Virus record (IMG/VR): IMGVR_UViG_3300045988_129382
Location: 1 to 64,000 of that record
From: a virus
Strand: one strand, 5' to 3'
DNA: 64,000 bases
Positions 63,101 through 64,000 of the stretch are shown here, piece by piece (the stretch's first letter is position 1; each line of letters starts with the position of its first letter). The notes below the pieces were generated by a model. It saw only the letters and a program-made list of their open reading frames with translations, was not told the DNA's origin and did no database searches. Both the position numbers and the translations under genes were made by a program.

Positions 63101-64000
63101 GCAAAAGATGGAGATTTGTGGTGAATTTGAGATTTATACAGGTAGGAGAGATAGTCAGGTTATTAGTTTCTCTCCTGAGTTTGAGTCTGATAAGATTGCT
63201 ACAGATAAAGTACCTACAAATGCTTTGAGCATTGATTCAGTTAGGAATGAGATGCTAGAATGTACTATTGAGGGTATTGGTGGTAGTTTAGCCAGCGATG
63301 CTTATAAAGATAGGGCAGATAGTTCTACTGGTATTGGTGTTGTCTTAGGTATGAGTGGTTCTTCATTTAAAAATTTAGAATCATCTGCCGCTAGTATGTG
63401 GTCTAGATACTTTAGTTCTGTATATGGTGCTAGTTTAGAAATAATGGGCAACACTAAAGTTAAATTTAATGGTCATATAAAAATTGCTGTATATACTAAA
63501 TTTGGTTTTTTACATCATACAAGTGGTATCTATCATATTCAAGGTATTACAGATACTATTTCAGATGGTATGTTTACTACGAGTTTAGATTTACAGAAAA
63601 ATAGTGACCAAGCTAAGAAGAAATTGAAAGGTGAAGGTGCTAAGAAATTGGACGAAAATAAGATTAGTGATACAGATGGTAAGTATTGGGTTAAACAGGG
63701 TTCTTGGGTTACATTAGATGGGTGTATAGCTGGTGTGCCAAACGCTTTAGAAGATTTAGGTAAGTGGTTCTTTGATAGGACTGGTAAGAAGCTAGTATGT
63801 ACAGCAGGTACTAATGGTGACCACGCAGCTGGTGAGCATAGTCATGCTACTGGGTGGAAAATGGACGTTAACGACTGGGGAGGTCCCGAGGGGTTGACAG
63901 GTGGTTGGATTGTTACTCCTGATGAAAGTTCTTGGGGTTCTTTGTGTGTTGAATTTATTGAGTATGGTAGGTCTTTAGGTTTAGGGATGAACTATGAGAC
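60099..64000 (+). CDS. Giant tail hub / gpD (XkdQ)-like protein, partial (over 1300 aa, runs off the window). It carries a degenerate SGNH-like region and a LAS-type zinc peptidase motif.
   Basis: ATGA overlap with the upstream stop. I translated the frame and found no stop in 60099 to about 62000 or in the last 220 nt. The frame is also absent from the track because it has no stop before the window end. The SGNH-like region is at 61191-61635. The H-x6-D motif (HATGWKMD) is at 63843-63866. Confidence 0.7.
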   Translation, partial: MSEFKESQITRDLSGHQPLYAFIDLTIDGHNISYFGNKDYNESVMSLNVERKGKSNQDLSGSTFDIELYDDTALRIEELLANAIPVGKNWKTAKQLKDIGNDVTKGNIEWKQSEEKKKDEEAEKSNTYTKDDEKKDKDHKEGTKKNVKAKQEGNVRCRYGWCNRKGQVIEDISLIGKALKYTLNFEGPALTLTLNCVAESDVTSTQKLNMTFDVATYGGKPSEIVRAMCQKAGIEIGRIVETKPILGEDGKPKEFKTETKNMREFISDELLEKSEPLDSDKPGYRYFTQVVDGVEKAYFVPNEMYGDMTVVTYKKMEENTTSTSTTMANAQGNTSGDAYLKVMGVSTPVLGANNHGDISVTGSGKVIFVGDARVKDLSESVPNNKDIVYVYDDKANYRWLKDNIDKIKSLATLGSRVYMMLGLNDLDNIINYVEYYNQLAKEFESIGVQFFVVSVLPVFMAKSNIKNSKIFAFNRAIKQNKCRELHYVDIYNSILLSLKSNNTKSDGISYNKRLVQDVYSRIVYYKDIQVETVSTRDVANKGRVINGVEFTTHSVPDMLSRSAYQGNISDDEMLGNDFLEDTITKYLAVAIAEADNSDIAELISELKQYESYLISDRDNTLHHDVLGLDLNKTVSTALALKEKPDINNITKAFLKVIGKDKISDDVTKYVDLVNNFTGSVKGDKRSIDTYVGAVSSLFGNNKDVAKISSTVTDAIKLISENRDKVLNNKNTNKVELYGGIADSIVGKLLPSQSANIGKIKDKITSVMSLDKDKIKSGDYTEIESLLSKELGIDNTKLDKYVSTAKALVEIYKNKEYFDIKDTKFMAKDLLSSVVGKEKVEKVQKYVDTAQSIYSALNGNKDVTSISGAIRNLSDVLGKKSKISKYIDSASSMLDIVNKGQIGTKIFDTNNGIGGIIKERLPQLTKEGSLGGIIASTTGISNTSTSEVLKANLPKDVASGVTGLNGALNNATNGAKVDIGKDGITDEEMKKGIRSITFGGKKQKMEICGEFEIYTGRRDSQVISFSPEFESDKIATDKVPTNALSIDSVRNEMLECTIEGIGGSLASDAYKDRADSSTGIGVVLGMSGSSFKNLESSAASMWSRYFSSVYGASLEIMGNTKVKFNGHIKIAVYTKFGFLHHTSGIYHIQGITDTISDGMFTTSLDLQKNSDQAKKKLKGEGAKKLDENKISDTDGKYWVKQGSWVTLDGCIAGVPNALEDLGKWFFDRTGKKLVCTAGTNGDHAAGEHSHATGWKMDVNDWGGPEGLTGGWIVTPDESSWGSLCVEFIEYGRSLGLGMNYE

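Noticed and set aside
1-64000. Visual search for tRNA, tmRNA, rRNA, integrase, transposase, reverse transcriptase, and capsid, portal or terminase genes
   Set aside because: None was recognised. The intergenic regions lack T-loop-like GTTCGAAT motifs. The head and packaging genes must lie outside this window. A tRNAscan-SE/Infernal run is still needed to exclude small RNA genes formally.

Overview
The window is a 64-kb slice of a large, visibly AT-rich tailed dsDNA phage with a contractile tail. Ribosome-binding sites (AGGAG type) and promoters (TTTACA-N17-TATAAT) look Firmicute-like. Every credible gene is on the + strand; the minus-strand ORFs in the track are antisense shadows of + strand genes. 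All calls come from reading motifs in the supplied translations and DNA; no database search was run. Layout from left to right: (1) 1-299 is a repeat-dense non-coding zone, with a 14-bp tandem array cut by the window edge. (2) 300-21565 is an early-type region of short transcription units. It holds four tandem paralogs, DHFR, a kinase-phosphatase-ligase (Pnkp-like) RNA-repair fusion, a metallophosphoesterase, an SNF2 helicase, a GH66-like glycosidase, and many small or membrane ORFs. (3) 21566-35777 is an accessory-looking block. It starts with a long structured leader and contains an XRE regulator, a lipoprotein, a PD-(D/E)XK nuclease, and an operon with two giant paralogs of about 780 aa. 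(4) 35778-46330 holds replication and modification genes: an orphan N6-adenine methyltransferase, a DnaB-type helicase split by a 280-aa intein at its P-loop, a second metallophosphoesterase, and a secreted 3D-domain protein. (5) 46400-64000 is a PBSX-like contractile tail module: gp10-like protein, sheath, tube, chaperone with a possible +1 frameshift extension, tape measure with a lysozyme domain, LysM protein, and a giant hub protein that runs off the window. The features that annotation does not explain are mostly non-coding. Three promoter-to-terminator units would make highly structured RNAs of roughly 225-260 nt. One of these carries a mini-ORF that echoes the SNF2 N-terminus. Another sits in an 830-bp coding gap inside the tail module. 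A 110-bp leader with an identical 10-codon upstream ORF is duplicated in front of two unrelated operons. No tRNA, rRNA, CRISPR array, reverse transcriptase, integrase or transposase was recognised.
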